Assembly (NCBI GenBank): GCA_965649765.1
Contig: OZ287752.1
Location: forward strand, 53,196,001-53,260,000
Length of the DNA stretch: 64,000 bases
From: Bispira polyomma
Lineage: Eukaryota
Direction: 5' to 3'
The position numbers were made by a program, and so were the translations under genes. How positions within the stretch are numbered: the first letter of the stretch is position 1; each line of letters begins with the position of its first letter. The notes beneath the pieces are model-generated. The model was given only the letters and a program-made list of their open reading frames with translations, had not been told where the DNA came from and ran no database searches. Shown here one piece after another: positions 12,701 to 24,700 of the stretch.

Positions 12701-15700
12701 CAGATCTGTGAAATGTGTGGAAACCATAAATTTTCTGGTCAATGCCAATGTGTCGTAGGATGTTCCTAAGGACTGTCCTAATGTGTGAATGTAAGATGGG
12801 ATGGTGAGGAGATACTAAAGTAACAAATAAGGGGTAGTGTTCTGAAAGTTTTCTTGATCCAATAAATAGTCGAAGTGCTGTGACTGGACATAAGAGAGGG
12901 ATGTCAATCTTTGGGAGCTGAACTACGTGTGAGGAAGACCAATAGGCATGTTTTGGCCTATTTGAGAATTATGTGTGTCCCTGGTGGGCCAAAGACAACG
13001 TCTTGTCTAAGCAGATGTCTAGTTGAATCAAAATTAAGTCTGGAGTGGGGGGCAATATTTGACATTCGTAGGAAGCCATAAAAGGCTACCAGAAAAATGG
13101 CCCGGTAAAGCTGAGGGTCTGAGGAAATGCTACAAGCCTGAGATATTTGTAGTAATTGCTTGATTTGAAACACCCCTTTGACTGCAGGTCTAAAGGTAGA
13201 GTTTAAAGCAAGACTGTGTGTGAAAAGTGATATAGAATTGTGCTGGAATACATATGTATCCAGGTGGTATTTTTCAGCCATGAATTTCAGTGCTGAAATA
13301 TAATTGTTTATGACTTTTGGTGAAATGTTATTTTGAGTTAAACACTCCCAAAAAAGGTAAAATGGAGTGAATTGCATTATACTGCAAGAAAGAAAGAAAT
13401 GTTCTAAATTGACCAACATAAGCTGGGGTAGTTGAAGGTCTCAAATCTGAATTGATCCTTGAAATGGCTGCTAGCCCTAGCTGTTCTGATGAAGCAGTAG
13501 CACCTGAAATTAGATAATATAATTAAGGTTAAAGAAGTCTAACGGGACTGGTTTACAAATGTACTTACTAAGAGATTGCATTATATCTGCTCTAGGTGGG
13601 TTATTTGAATACATACACAAAACAGCGTCTGCATATACGTTCTCTTTATCCTTAATGTGTTGTATTGTAAAAGTTATGTACGGTGTAGAAGTAATGAGCC
13701 AAATGTTCCTTATACAAGTGGCGAGGAATGAGTCCCTCGTCTTGCTGTTTGTATGACCAATACCACAGCCATGTTGTCGCAGTTAAAAAATACCTTTTGG
13801 TGAGCCCAATCCTTACCCCAAACTCTTTAGGCGATAACGATGTTAAGCATCTCTAGCTTAGTTTTGGCCAACTGTTGTTGATATATGTTGTAGATAGGGG
13901 AATGGTAAACTTCAGAACCCCAAATTGCTCCAAGTCCTGTAAGGCAGGCATCTAGGTGTAGTTCTTGTCCTGATTTAATGCCCACTGGGTCAATATATGT
14001 GATTCCGTTGTAGGTTACTAGAAATTTTATAAACCAGTCTAAGTCCATTTTAATGTTGTCCGTGACCTTAAACCTTTTAGCGTTAGGTGAAGCTCTGAAT
14101 ACCGATAAAAGTTTGTTAATAAAGCACCTGGCTGGTCTTACAGATTTGTGAACGTAAACTACCTAAATTAGATTGAAATTTGCTACATGAGAGCCGTGAT
14201 TTGCTTCTTGCCTCTACACAAACGTTGTAAATTTTAAGTTGTCAGGGGCGTTGACCTTATCCTGGTTCATTGGAAGACTTGAATTGTAAGTAAGCTGTTA
14301 TCAACCAGCTGTTTAACACAAATTGTCATTATCCTGTTTTACAATTTCATAATTTATATCATGGATCAACTCAGTATAATCACAACCCCTAGTTTCACTA
14401 CATATCAGGTCCCTCCTGTGGTTGAAATATGTATTTTTTGCCTTAAGTACTTCCAGTACTGATGATGTATACACACTATGCATTTTATGCAGATACTTTT
14501 CCAGTGTTTGATTCCTAATGACCCTAATAAGGAAACATATTGCCAATATGGTTGTACATATATGTTCTAGTATTATTATCAAAAGAAATGTAACAGAAAC
14601 CTGACATGTCTTGAAAGTCAGGAAATTTCAAATATACCACTGGGTGGTTCTGATTCTCCTTAATCACGTGATAATCAATTACTGCTAATTCACATGTAAT
14701 AATCGACACTTCATTATAAAAAGTAACGCAAGTATTATCCTTATCAGTTTGCTTGGCTGCCAGACTTGACTTTTTGTGTCATTATGCACCCCTGCAGTGT
14801 CATTTAACATGGCAGTGAGCGGATTGGTATTTACTAAATCATACCATACACACTTGTCATTATCCTGAATCATGTTACACTCATTCACAGCATTACAGTT
14901 GTTATGCACAGTTTTACTATTATTATCTGAAATATGTATATTATTGAAATCGGGTTTCGCCCCTAAAAGTGAGAAATCTGATTGCTGATCATCACTTGCA
15001 GATCTATCATAACATTTCTCTATATTACTAGTTACGTTCATAAAATTGAACACATTAGGCTGTTTTACTTCAATTACACCTTGGTCGTACAGGTGATCCC
15101 TAGCTGGTGGGCAACTTGATGTAATTTGCAAGTTTTGATGAATTGGCATTAGCACATTTGAATTCTGGGTGGTTGCTGTCTTTGTTTAGTACGCGATGAC
15201 AATGACTGCAAATGTGCCTATACTGGCTGTGGTCATTTTCATGGCTACATGTACCGTTATTGTAGTATTTGCAGACCGTTTTTAGTTTCTGGGATTGCTG
15301 AGTTACCTTAGCAGTCTCACAAGAGAGCTGGTGGTAAATACTGGTCAAAATAGTATACTTGTATCTAGAGATTTTGACCTTTATTTGGAAGTAAAGATGA
15401 AGTGGTAGTGATATGTTGGATGTTGGAAAATCTGATGCTAGTTTGAAGAATTTTTATTTACAAATAATTTTTGTACAACTATACAAAAGTTTTAAAATAT
15501 ATGATTTTTAAAACTTTAACAGGCCATACGGCTTACTTGTAAGGCAAAAAAACCCATAAAATATAAACTAATAAGCGGCAAACCTTGTAACGTTAAGGTA
15601 GTCATCAAACAATCCCACAATATACGCGGGTTCTGTACATGTAATCATAAAATGTAACTAGTGTAATAAAGGATAAATCTTCTAACATTAAAGTAGTCCT

Positions 15701-18700
15701 CAAATAACATAATCCCACAGTATACGCAGGTTCTAACAACTGTAAACCTAGTATAGTTCACACTTTAAACCTGTTCATCTCAAAAGAAGTTACAACAAGT
15801 GTTCAAACATGATCCAAGCAATAAATCAATACATAAACTTGAATCATGCAATCCAAACAAGGATGGACTCGAAATCGGAACCTGTGGCACCAACACACCT
15901 AGCAATGGCCAATCCTTCCCCACAGAGGTCCGAATTCCTTTGACAGCCACGCCAAGGGCAAGTATATGGAGGAAAGGATTGCACCACTACACGGTTCCAA
16001 CGTCGAATCCGCCCAAGTCTGAGTTGCATGATTTTTAAAGAAGCAAATGATACCACTAAACACAGGGAGGGTGGGTGAGGTTAATTTTTAAAACATGTAT
16101 ACCCTTTGGCTGTGGGTTTAATAATGAAGAGAAAGATAAATAGACGGGGTGTGTTTATTGAACCCTAACGACCCTGAATGCATATTGGTCGCTAGGAAGG
16201 GTACAGTAAAGTGGCTAATTTGTGCGACTGACAAGACATGCCTTGAGGCAGTGACTCAGACAGTCTCACAAGATAGCTGGTGGTGAATATTGGTCAAAAT
16301 AGTATACTTGTGTCTAGAGATTTTGACCTTTATTTGGAAGTAAAGATGAAGTGGTAGTGATATGTTGGATGTTGGAAAATCTGATGCTAGTTTGGAGAAT
16401 TTTTATTTACAGATAATTTTTGTACAACTATACAAAAGTTTTAAAATATATGATTTTTAAAACTTTAACAGGCCAAAAAAAAACCCCAAAAATTTAGAGG
16501 GAAGGAGGATTGATAGCAGCGAAGGTTTCAGGAATAATTGAAGCTGCATGGGAAGTGGATTCTAAATAAGTCCAAATAGCATCTGATTTCCAACAACCAT
16601 GTTTTTGAATATTTTGAAGTTCAATGTTATTATTGAAGGCAAAGGAAGCACCAGATCTACGAAAGCAATGAAAAGAATGTCCAGAATGAGGAATGCTAAT
16701 CTGTGATAATATATTCTTAAGAGTAACTCTTAATTTTGTCTCAGTAAGACATTTGCCCCCAATTCTGGGATCAGCCAATAATGGAGCATGAGGTGAATTT
16801 GGATATTTAGAGAGTCTTTGCAGCCCTGACAGGGCAAAGCCAAGGATTTTTTAAAACTGGTAATTGAATTATATTCTGGTGCTGCCTGGTTTGATTTGTT
16901 TTAGACCATTTGAGAATCATATGAATGCCCGGTAGTGAAAATATAATGTCTGACCTTGTCAAATGTCCAGTAGAGTCAAACTCGAAATCCTCAAAAAACC
17001 AAAGAAGGCAAATAAAAAGGCTGTCCTGTATAATCCAGGAAAATCTAATAACTGACATTGACGCAAAATGCTATGCAATTGTGAGATGTCAAAAATGCCT
17101 TTTGGTTTAGGCTGAAATGTACAATTGATCATCAGTGACCTCTGATACAATGCAATTCTTTGATCATAAAGTTGAGAACTTTGAATATTGAAACTCTTTT
17201 CATAATATCTGATGGCAGCCAAGTAGTTGTTAATAACTTTGTAAGAAGAACCTGACTGATGTAAGTATTCCATGAAAGCTAAGACTGAGCTTAAAGTAAA
17301 AGTGTCTTCAAGGTTATAATAAATTATGAAAGCAAGAAAAAGACTCAGTTGACTGTCGTATTGTCATGTCCTTCTGGGTCTCAGGTTGTTTGCCATCTTT
17401 TTCATTGCCCCTTTCAGCAAAAGCTTGGCAGCTTCTGATGTCCCTAAAATTAAAAGTCATTTTTTAAGAAAAAGTGTGCTAAAGGAACTTTGCACATATC
17501 TAGTCTGCTAGTCATTAAATCCTTAATCTCACTTGTAAACTGTCCCAAATTATGCCATCTAGACAAGGTATCTGCAAGAATATTGTTTTTACCAGCAATA
17601 TGATCAATCTTAATATCAATATTATAATTTGCACAAATTAGCCATAAATTTCTCAAGCAAGTTGCCAACATTGAATCTTTAGTTTTTGACGACTTTATAA
17701 CAGACACTACAGCAATGTTGTCTGACTGTATGCGAATCCGTGAATCACGCCATTTATCAGCCCATAACCAAAAAACTACAAGTACACTTAGCATTTTGAA
17801 ATACACAATCGAATAGTCTTCTCTCATCCAATATGGTATTGGTGCTGTGAAAGCGTTTGCCTGTGAAATTCCTCCTATTCCTTGTAAGCAAGCATCGACT
17901 TGTAAGGAAACATTTTTAACAGAGTGTTTGTATTCATAAGTCATACTTCCGTTGAAACTAATCAAAAATTTATTGAACCAGTTTAAGTCCTTCTTAAACT
18001 CATCATTCAAAATTACATGTTTGGAACTGGTTGAATCTCTTAAAAGTTTAAGCATCCTGTTAAGAAAAATTCTAGATGGTTTAATGCATTTATGAATATA
18101 GAAAAGTTTACCAAACAACGACTGGTACTTGTTTTTCTTAACCTTTTACAAATTTCTGAAGTCTAAGCAAACTTTATGAATTTACAGTAATTTCTCTTCG
18201 TCTATACTTAAAGTGCCCTTTTCTATATCAATCGTGATACCCATGCATGTTACTCTGGTATCAGGGGGAACTAGTTTTTTCTGATTAATAGGTAAACCGA
18301 TATCATTCAGCACTTTCTGTAATAATTCGTATGCTAAGGTGGCCTTAGCTTTAGTTTCAATGATAATAAAGTCGTCGATGCAGTTGTATACTTTATATCC
18401 ATTTTGTTTTAAGATATAGGTAACTCTATCCGAAACTTGATTTGTAACCTAATTTCAAGCTATCATAAGGATCAACTCTCAAATTTCGGAAAGCGTGCGA
18501 AACGTCCACCTTTGCTAGTCTGGCATCTTTACCTATACTCTTAATGTCTTCAACTATTTGGTCTATAGTTGGTAATTTTAAAATAAAACTAAGGTCGTCA
18601 TATTTCTGCTTATAAGTAAAGTCATTGACAGATAGTCCTGCTGGGTAAGAAAGATTTAAGATTAAATGTCTTTGGTCCTCTCCTTCGGGAACTGTCAATA

Positions 18701-21700
18701 AAGGAGAACAATGAAATTCTTCTGTTAAGTCATTTTTAGACACAGTAATGATATTGCCCTTGTCTGTTTCTTCTACGAAATACCTGTCAATGTACTCAGG
18801 AAAAGCATTAGCAGAAAAATGATTGTCGATGTGCTTAACATCTAATGTGTCTTTCATGTAAAGAAATAGGAAAACCAAATTCTAGGTAATCCAGAACAAT
18901 CTTATCGTCATAGTCCTTTAAGTAAATTTTCCAAGGTTCTAAGTTAAGTCCTGAAACTAGAGGGGCACGAACTTCTCTGTAATTTGGTTTTCCTGTAGCC
19001 TTACTATGTCACTTACTCGAGTTAAAGTCTGGAAATCCTTAATGTCCACAGGCTCTCTGTCTGGTCCTATAAAGGAAAAATTTGACTTATGTGTAGATAT
19101 AAAACCATACTGTCTACTACCGTTATCCATAGACTTAATGTCGTCTTTCTTATCACTAGTACAGTCCAGAGTCAGCTCAGCCCTATCCAATTCTTGTGCA
19201 AGTACAGCCAATGTAGAAGAAGTATAATGACATGTCGTGGATTCTGAAACTTGACCTTGGAAAGAACATACTGAATCAAGTTTCTGACTTAATGAGTATT
19301 TTTGATGTTGTATTGTCTGTTTGTGTGCATCTGTATCAGGACGTTGAAACTGTTCTGTTGTTTCTAGCTTTTCTGTGTACAAAGTACAACGACCTGTAGT
19401 AGCAATTTCTGTATGTGAAGTATCAATATCTATTGTGTTACACATCTTATTAATCATATCTATATAGTATTGAGTACTGTGTACTTTCAATTCAGTATGT
19501 GATGTCTTCACTTTTTTGTTAGCATTACTGTTAAGATAAAGTTTTTCAATGTCTCTGTTAACGCTGACAATGTATACCATTGCCGAAGTAACAAAATTCA
19601 CTGGCCATATATCTGCCAATGTAATACAGGTATCCTTTAATACAAGGTTGCCACCTAAAATTTGACCTTGAAACACACCTTTTATATTTGGGTTAAGTTT
19701 GTCAATGACATAATAAATATTTTGATGAGTACTAGTGTTCTCACTTAAGTACACATCTGCATATGTCAGATATGAATTGGTGCTGACATTATTGTGAGTA
19801 TATATTACATCTTCAAAATTACACACAACAGGCTCATTCAAAGAAAATTCTGCAAATTTAAGAACATTATGATTTCTCTGAAACTTATTATCTATAATGA
19901 ACTTGTTCAAAGTACTTTCTGAAAATTCATGGACATTATGATTTAGTGAAAAATCATACGTCATAATGTCCTCAATTTTGGAATCTGAAAAAACGTTAGA
20001 ATAAACACGTTGGGGCATATAATTAAACATTCCAGTAGTTGAAACATTACATCTAGTACTATTCCGATTGTTATCTGGAATTATTTCACTGGTACTTATA
20101 TCTGTATTACCAGATGAAAAATATTCGTCTGTCACATCAGTAGATAATATGTTTAGCTTATCTAAAGTAAAAATTTCATTGTTTATCTTGCCAAACTCAC
20201 ATTTACAGTCCAAAATATAGTCACTACTCCTGGAAAATTCAGAAGTCTCATGATACAATTTCTTCAATTTATCTAAACTAGAAATTTCATTATTCGTCTT
20301 TCTAAAAACACATTTACTTTCTAAACTTAAGTCACTACTCCGGTAAAAATCACTAATCTCATTATGCCTTTCAAAATTGCTAACAATACCAACACTGCCT
20401 GTAACTGTCAGTCATCTCCTGTCCTATTGTCCCTGTCCCTGTGTGGTGGTAAGATTCGGTTTTCCGTGCAATTTGAAACATTTCATTTCCGGATGGACAT
20501 TCTCTATTCTGCTTGTATGAAAGCAATTAGCACAGATGTGCTTAAAAACTGTAGTCGCGTTCTCATGATCTGCATCCTGGTGACATTGGTTCCGCTGGTA
20601 ATGACTACAGGGAATCCGAGACTTGGGTTCCTGTGCTAAAAGTGCTGTGCGAAGTACCAATTGTGATGTTAGATGAGAGAAGAGCTTGAGAGTACAACAA
20701 GCGGTTCATTGTCCACTTGGTTTCGTCCAACCAAGTAAGTCGACCTTCTTCCATATCTGTCATATTCGTCACGTACGCGCCTCTGGCTACAGCCCATGAA
20801 ATGTTAGATGCATCCCTCAATGTGTCCCCTAGTTGTTTAAACATGGCCTGGGAAAAGTGAGTGTTTTTTACTTCTAAAATGTTCTGGATTTGACCAGCAG
20901 CAAACTGCGCTACTGTCAAATCGTCAAAGGAAACCCTCTTTTTGTTAATACCTGATAAGCAACCTTCATTCGGCCATCTGAATAAAGGGTTGGCAGTACA
21001 TGTGTCGGCTACATTATAACGTCCGGATTTTCTTTTTAAAAGGGACTTACCCTGTAAAAGTTGTTGAGCTGCTGCTGATTCGTACTGCTGTAGACGAGGC
21101 GAGACCTCATTCTGAATTAAAGCAGAATGCCTTAAAACGTCTGTTGTAGGCAGAATATCATTCTGTGAGACGCTAGACGAGTGAAACTGTGACACGGGTG
21201 GAAGTGGAGAAACGAACTGTCCCCCTGCTGATACTGAAGGTGTAGCTACCGAAGTGGTGCTGTTCCCAAATGCATTTTCAACTACATTCGACCTCTTCTT
21301 CACGACGGAAATGGGACGCGAAACTGCTCCTGGTATCTGATCAGACAAGTCAACTGTATTTTCTGTGAAATTAACTTGAGAACTGTTACCTTGTGACTTC
21401 AATTCTTCCACATCTTTCTGCAACTTCGTGACTAAGTGAAGTAACGTGTCCATCATGAACTGTTGTTTCGAAAACTTCTGTGCTCTTATTTGTCTTAACC
21501 ATAACAGTGTGAACTAATATGTGGAAAACAAAAATCACCTATTTTCTTACAAAAACAAATAAAAACTCATTCAAACCTTTTCCACAATATATAATAATGG
21601 ATATACTATCGTCTTTTGTTAAAACAAATGTAAAATATGTAAACTAAAAGCACTAAAATGATGTTTAATATATTTTTTCATATAAAATCCAATATGGCGG

Positions 21701-24700
21701 CGTTTAAAACGTATATCGCCTGCCTGCTGTTTTAATTTTTAAAACGTGTATACCCTTTGGCTGTGGGTTTAATAATGAAGAGAAAGAGAAATAGACGGGG
21801 CGTGTGTATTGAACCCTAACGACCCTGAATGCATATTGGTCGCTAGGAAGGTTACAGTAAAGTGGCTAATTTGTGCGACTGACAAGACATGCCTTGAGGG
21901 AGTGACTCCGAAATTTGCGAACACTAGCTGGGAAGTGCTAAGCCTGTTTAAATCCCATGTGCAGTGTTATCCCACTTTAACCATCCCTCCTCCACGTCCT
22001 GCATGTTTAGCGCTCATGCAGATCTGCCAGCCGGCCAGGGGAGGGAGGCTGCATCCCTTAAGGAAGTAAATTACCTGGTTAAGCATCTGTCGCATAACTT
22101 TATTGTTGGACACTTGATCAATGTTAAATAGTTGGCCAGCAGCCCACTGGGTAAGTGTTAACTCATCATACTGGGGGCGCTTTCGTGCCGTTCCACCGAC
22201 CCAGCCTTTGTTGGCCTAGCAAGACTGTGGGTCAACATTGCAGATATCAGTGGTATTAAATCTGCCAGATTTCTGACGCGGGGATGGCTTTCCTTGGGAG
22301 AAGTCCTGACAAAGCTGTACATCATAAACAGCTAATCTCTGGTTAACCGAGACCGCGCACTCTGGTATCGACTTTAGGACTTTCTGTAGAAGTTTACTTC
22401 TTTAAAGGCACACTACTTGACGTCCTGTAGAAGTTTTCTTCTTTAAAGGCACACTACTTGGCGTCTTGGTTTGTTTTGTTCTTCCCATAGTGTATAATAA
22501 GAACTAGTATAGTTAAAATCCCATCTAAAAACAAATAAACTCTTAAATATCACAGTTAATTCAATTTTCATAAAATGGATGTTTACCCTTGGAATATCTT
22601 TTCCAAAATGGAGAATGTGGGGGGGGGGGGGGAGTGCCCACGCTAGTTCATGGGGGTCTTGTAATTGGTGGCATAATTAATCAGGGATGGGAAATTTTCT
22701 GGAGCAAGAATAGTATGACAAAAGTGAAATTGGACAGGAGGTCAACTGAGGCATCAGTCCCCTAAAGTAGACTGCGGGGTACACTAGCCAACAAATGTTT
22801 GTGGTACATTAATTAGAAATATATTTCTTGACTTAAATATCAACTTTATGATATGTATTTAGTAAAATCAATTACATTTCAATGTAGAGAAAACATCCTT
22901 TTCATTACATTTGAGTGTAATTCAATTTTAGTCTGCTACCCGAAATTCAAACTAAAATGCAAGTTATGAAAATAGAAATTGATTTTTCCTACACATCCTG
23001 TGTGACATTGTGCATTTTCCCCTTTTAAATAAAAACTGTATCTTGTTAATGTTAATTTAAGTAATTAAACCAAGTCTTCGGTTACATAATGTTTTTCATG
23101 TCAATGCATAAATACTTCAACCTAGTTATAGGGGTGGTTACTTAATATGTATCAAAGGCTGTAGCTGAAAATATCAAGGCTATTTTAGTCATGAATCAGA
23201 ATTTTTTTGTGTCACCTCCTAGATGATCTAATAATTAACTGTTTTCTTGGCACCAGTCTTCTGCCTGTCTGAACTTAAACAGATCTGATATGTAACAGCA
23301 TTCCATAATTAGTACATAAAATTGAAAAACTTACATATTTTTTCATATGTTTAATACAGAACAACAATCATTATTTCTGGAAATGCCGTGGACAGAGCTC
23401 TACAGTGACTTGGATGAGTGATGATCTGACACAGTAACAAGATAAAGCTCAGGAATATTAGTTTATTCTAGTTTTAGTTCTACATTATATACATACTACA
23501 ACGGCTAAGGCCACCATATGAGAAAAGGGTGATCTTAATTTAAGTATCATCTAAACTCGAGTTTAAGGTTATAGTAAGGTTACCTCTAAGTTTAAGGTAA
23601 TCTTAACTTGCTTGATGCCTTTTCCAAGTCTGAGGTAACCTTTACCTGAGTTTAAATTTTTGGAATAAGTTTTATGAGTTAAGGTGGCCTTAGCCTAAAT
23701 TACATTGGATTTGTATTTTTATTTATATGCATTGATAATAATAAATAGCACCAAATCCAATTACGAGGTTGTGTTTGAAAGAAGAGACTGAAAAGCGAAG
23801 GCAACTTGATCTGAAGCTTGATGATCTCTGGTCACATATTTCCAGACACAATCAGAGGTCCATGTACCATGGCTCTGGATATCCTGAAGCGATACCTAAT
23901 TATTGAAGGCCAGAGTTGCCCCAGAACGTCCACCCTGGCCAGCTCTTCTGGTGCGGTGTAAGACGCTACTGTATGAGGGACCAAGTTTGAAATACAAAGG
24001 AAAGAAAAGAATGCTAGCAGATAAGCTGCCTTATATAACTGGCTTATAAACATTATAAACATAAAATTTGTAATCCTAATACTATTTATTGGTATGAAAC
24101 CCCCATAAATATTCATACCAGGGAAACCATAAATCTCCCCACCAGTGAACATATATATATTTTGAACGCATTATGTTCATGAAACCAATTTCTTTGGGCG
24201 TATTGTGGATAGAATATACACCATAATATTCTCTTTATTAATCCCAAAAGGTCAATAAATTGTCTGACTCCTCTAAACACATTACCTCAAAGGAGGATTC
24301 CATGACTCAAACGGAGGAAGCCATGGATCTGCCGGAGGCAACCGGAGGCAGTTTTAGTACTTCAAGGAAAAATTATAATCATTTATCAGCCTCTAATGAG
24401 ATTATCCATAAGATTATCGAAATATATATCAACAATAAAAGATATATATAAGGCATTTTGTTGGAGAAACAAATCTTCTCTCACACATAACACTTTATCT
24501 CTATATCTACTGGGTCATTATTAGTGTGAGTGATACTGCCCTGAGCACTGCTCTGAACCACTTAGAAGTGGACAATAACACATCGTTCAACACTCCAGCC
24601 ACAGGCACCCCAATCCCAGCTACCATGCTGAGCAGTTAAACACTTAACCTATTGGAAGAAGTGTCCATGAAACTGACCAAGCCTGAACATAAACCAAAGG

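Larger units (their letters stand above)
15312..21908 (-). mobile_element. E3: structurally complete Ngaro/PAT-like YR retrotransposon (6.6 kb; A1-gag-pol-YR-B1-A2-spacer-B2), mildly decayed
   Basis: A1 21732-21908 matches A2 16081-16257; B1 16261-16475 matches B2 15312-15526 (215 bp each). Gag, RT, RNase H and YR ORFs lie in order with a few frameshifts and stops. Confidence 0.95.
11609..22783 (-). mobile_element. E2: Ngaro/PAT-like YR retrotransposon, interrupted in gag by E3; most of RT deleted
   Basis: A1 22563-22783 matches A2 12181-12398. Gag 22488-21909 plus 15311-15100 (C-terminal Cys/His finger). Pol N-extension 15155-14313. RNase H ~14220-13510. YR 13503-12570 (FYGFLRMSN, YGFHTFHRSGA, HGLW). 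B1 12399-12560; B2 survives only as 13 bp (tttaaaatgtacc, 11609-11621). Confidence 0.88.

Noticed and set aside
13486-13515. Hammerhead-like ctgatga...gaaa
   Set aside because: Stem II does not form, and it is antisense to the E2 YR start.
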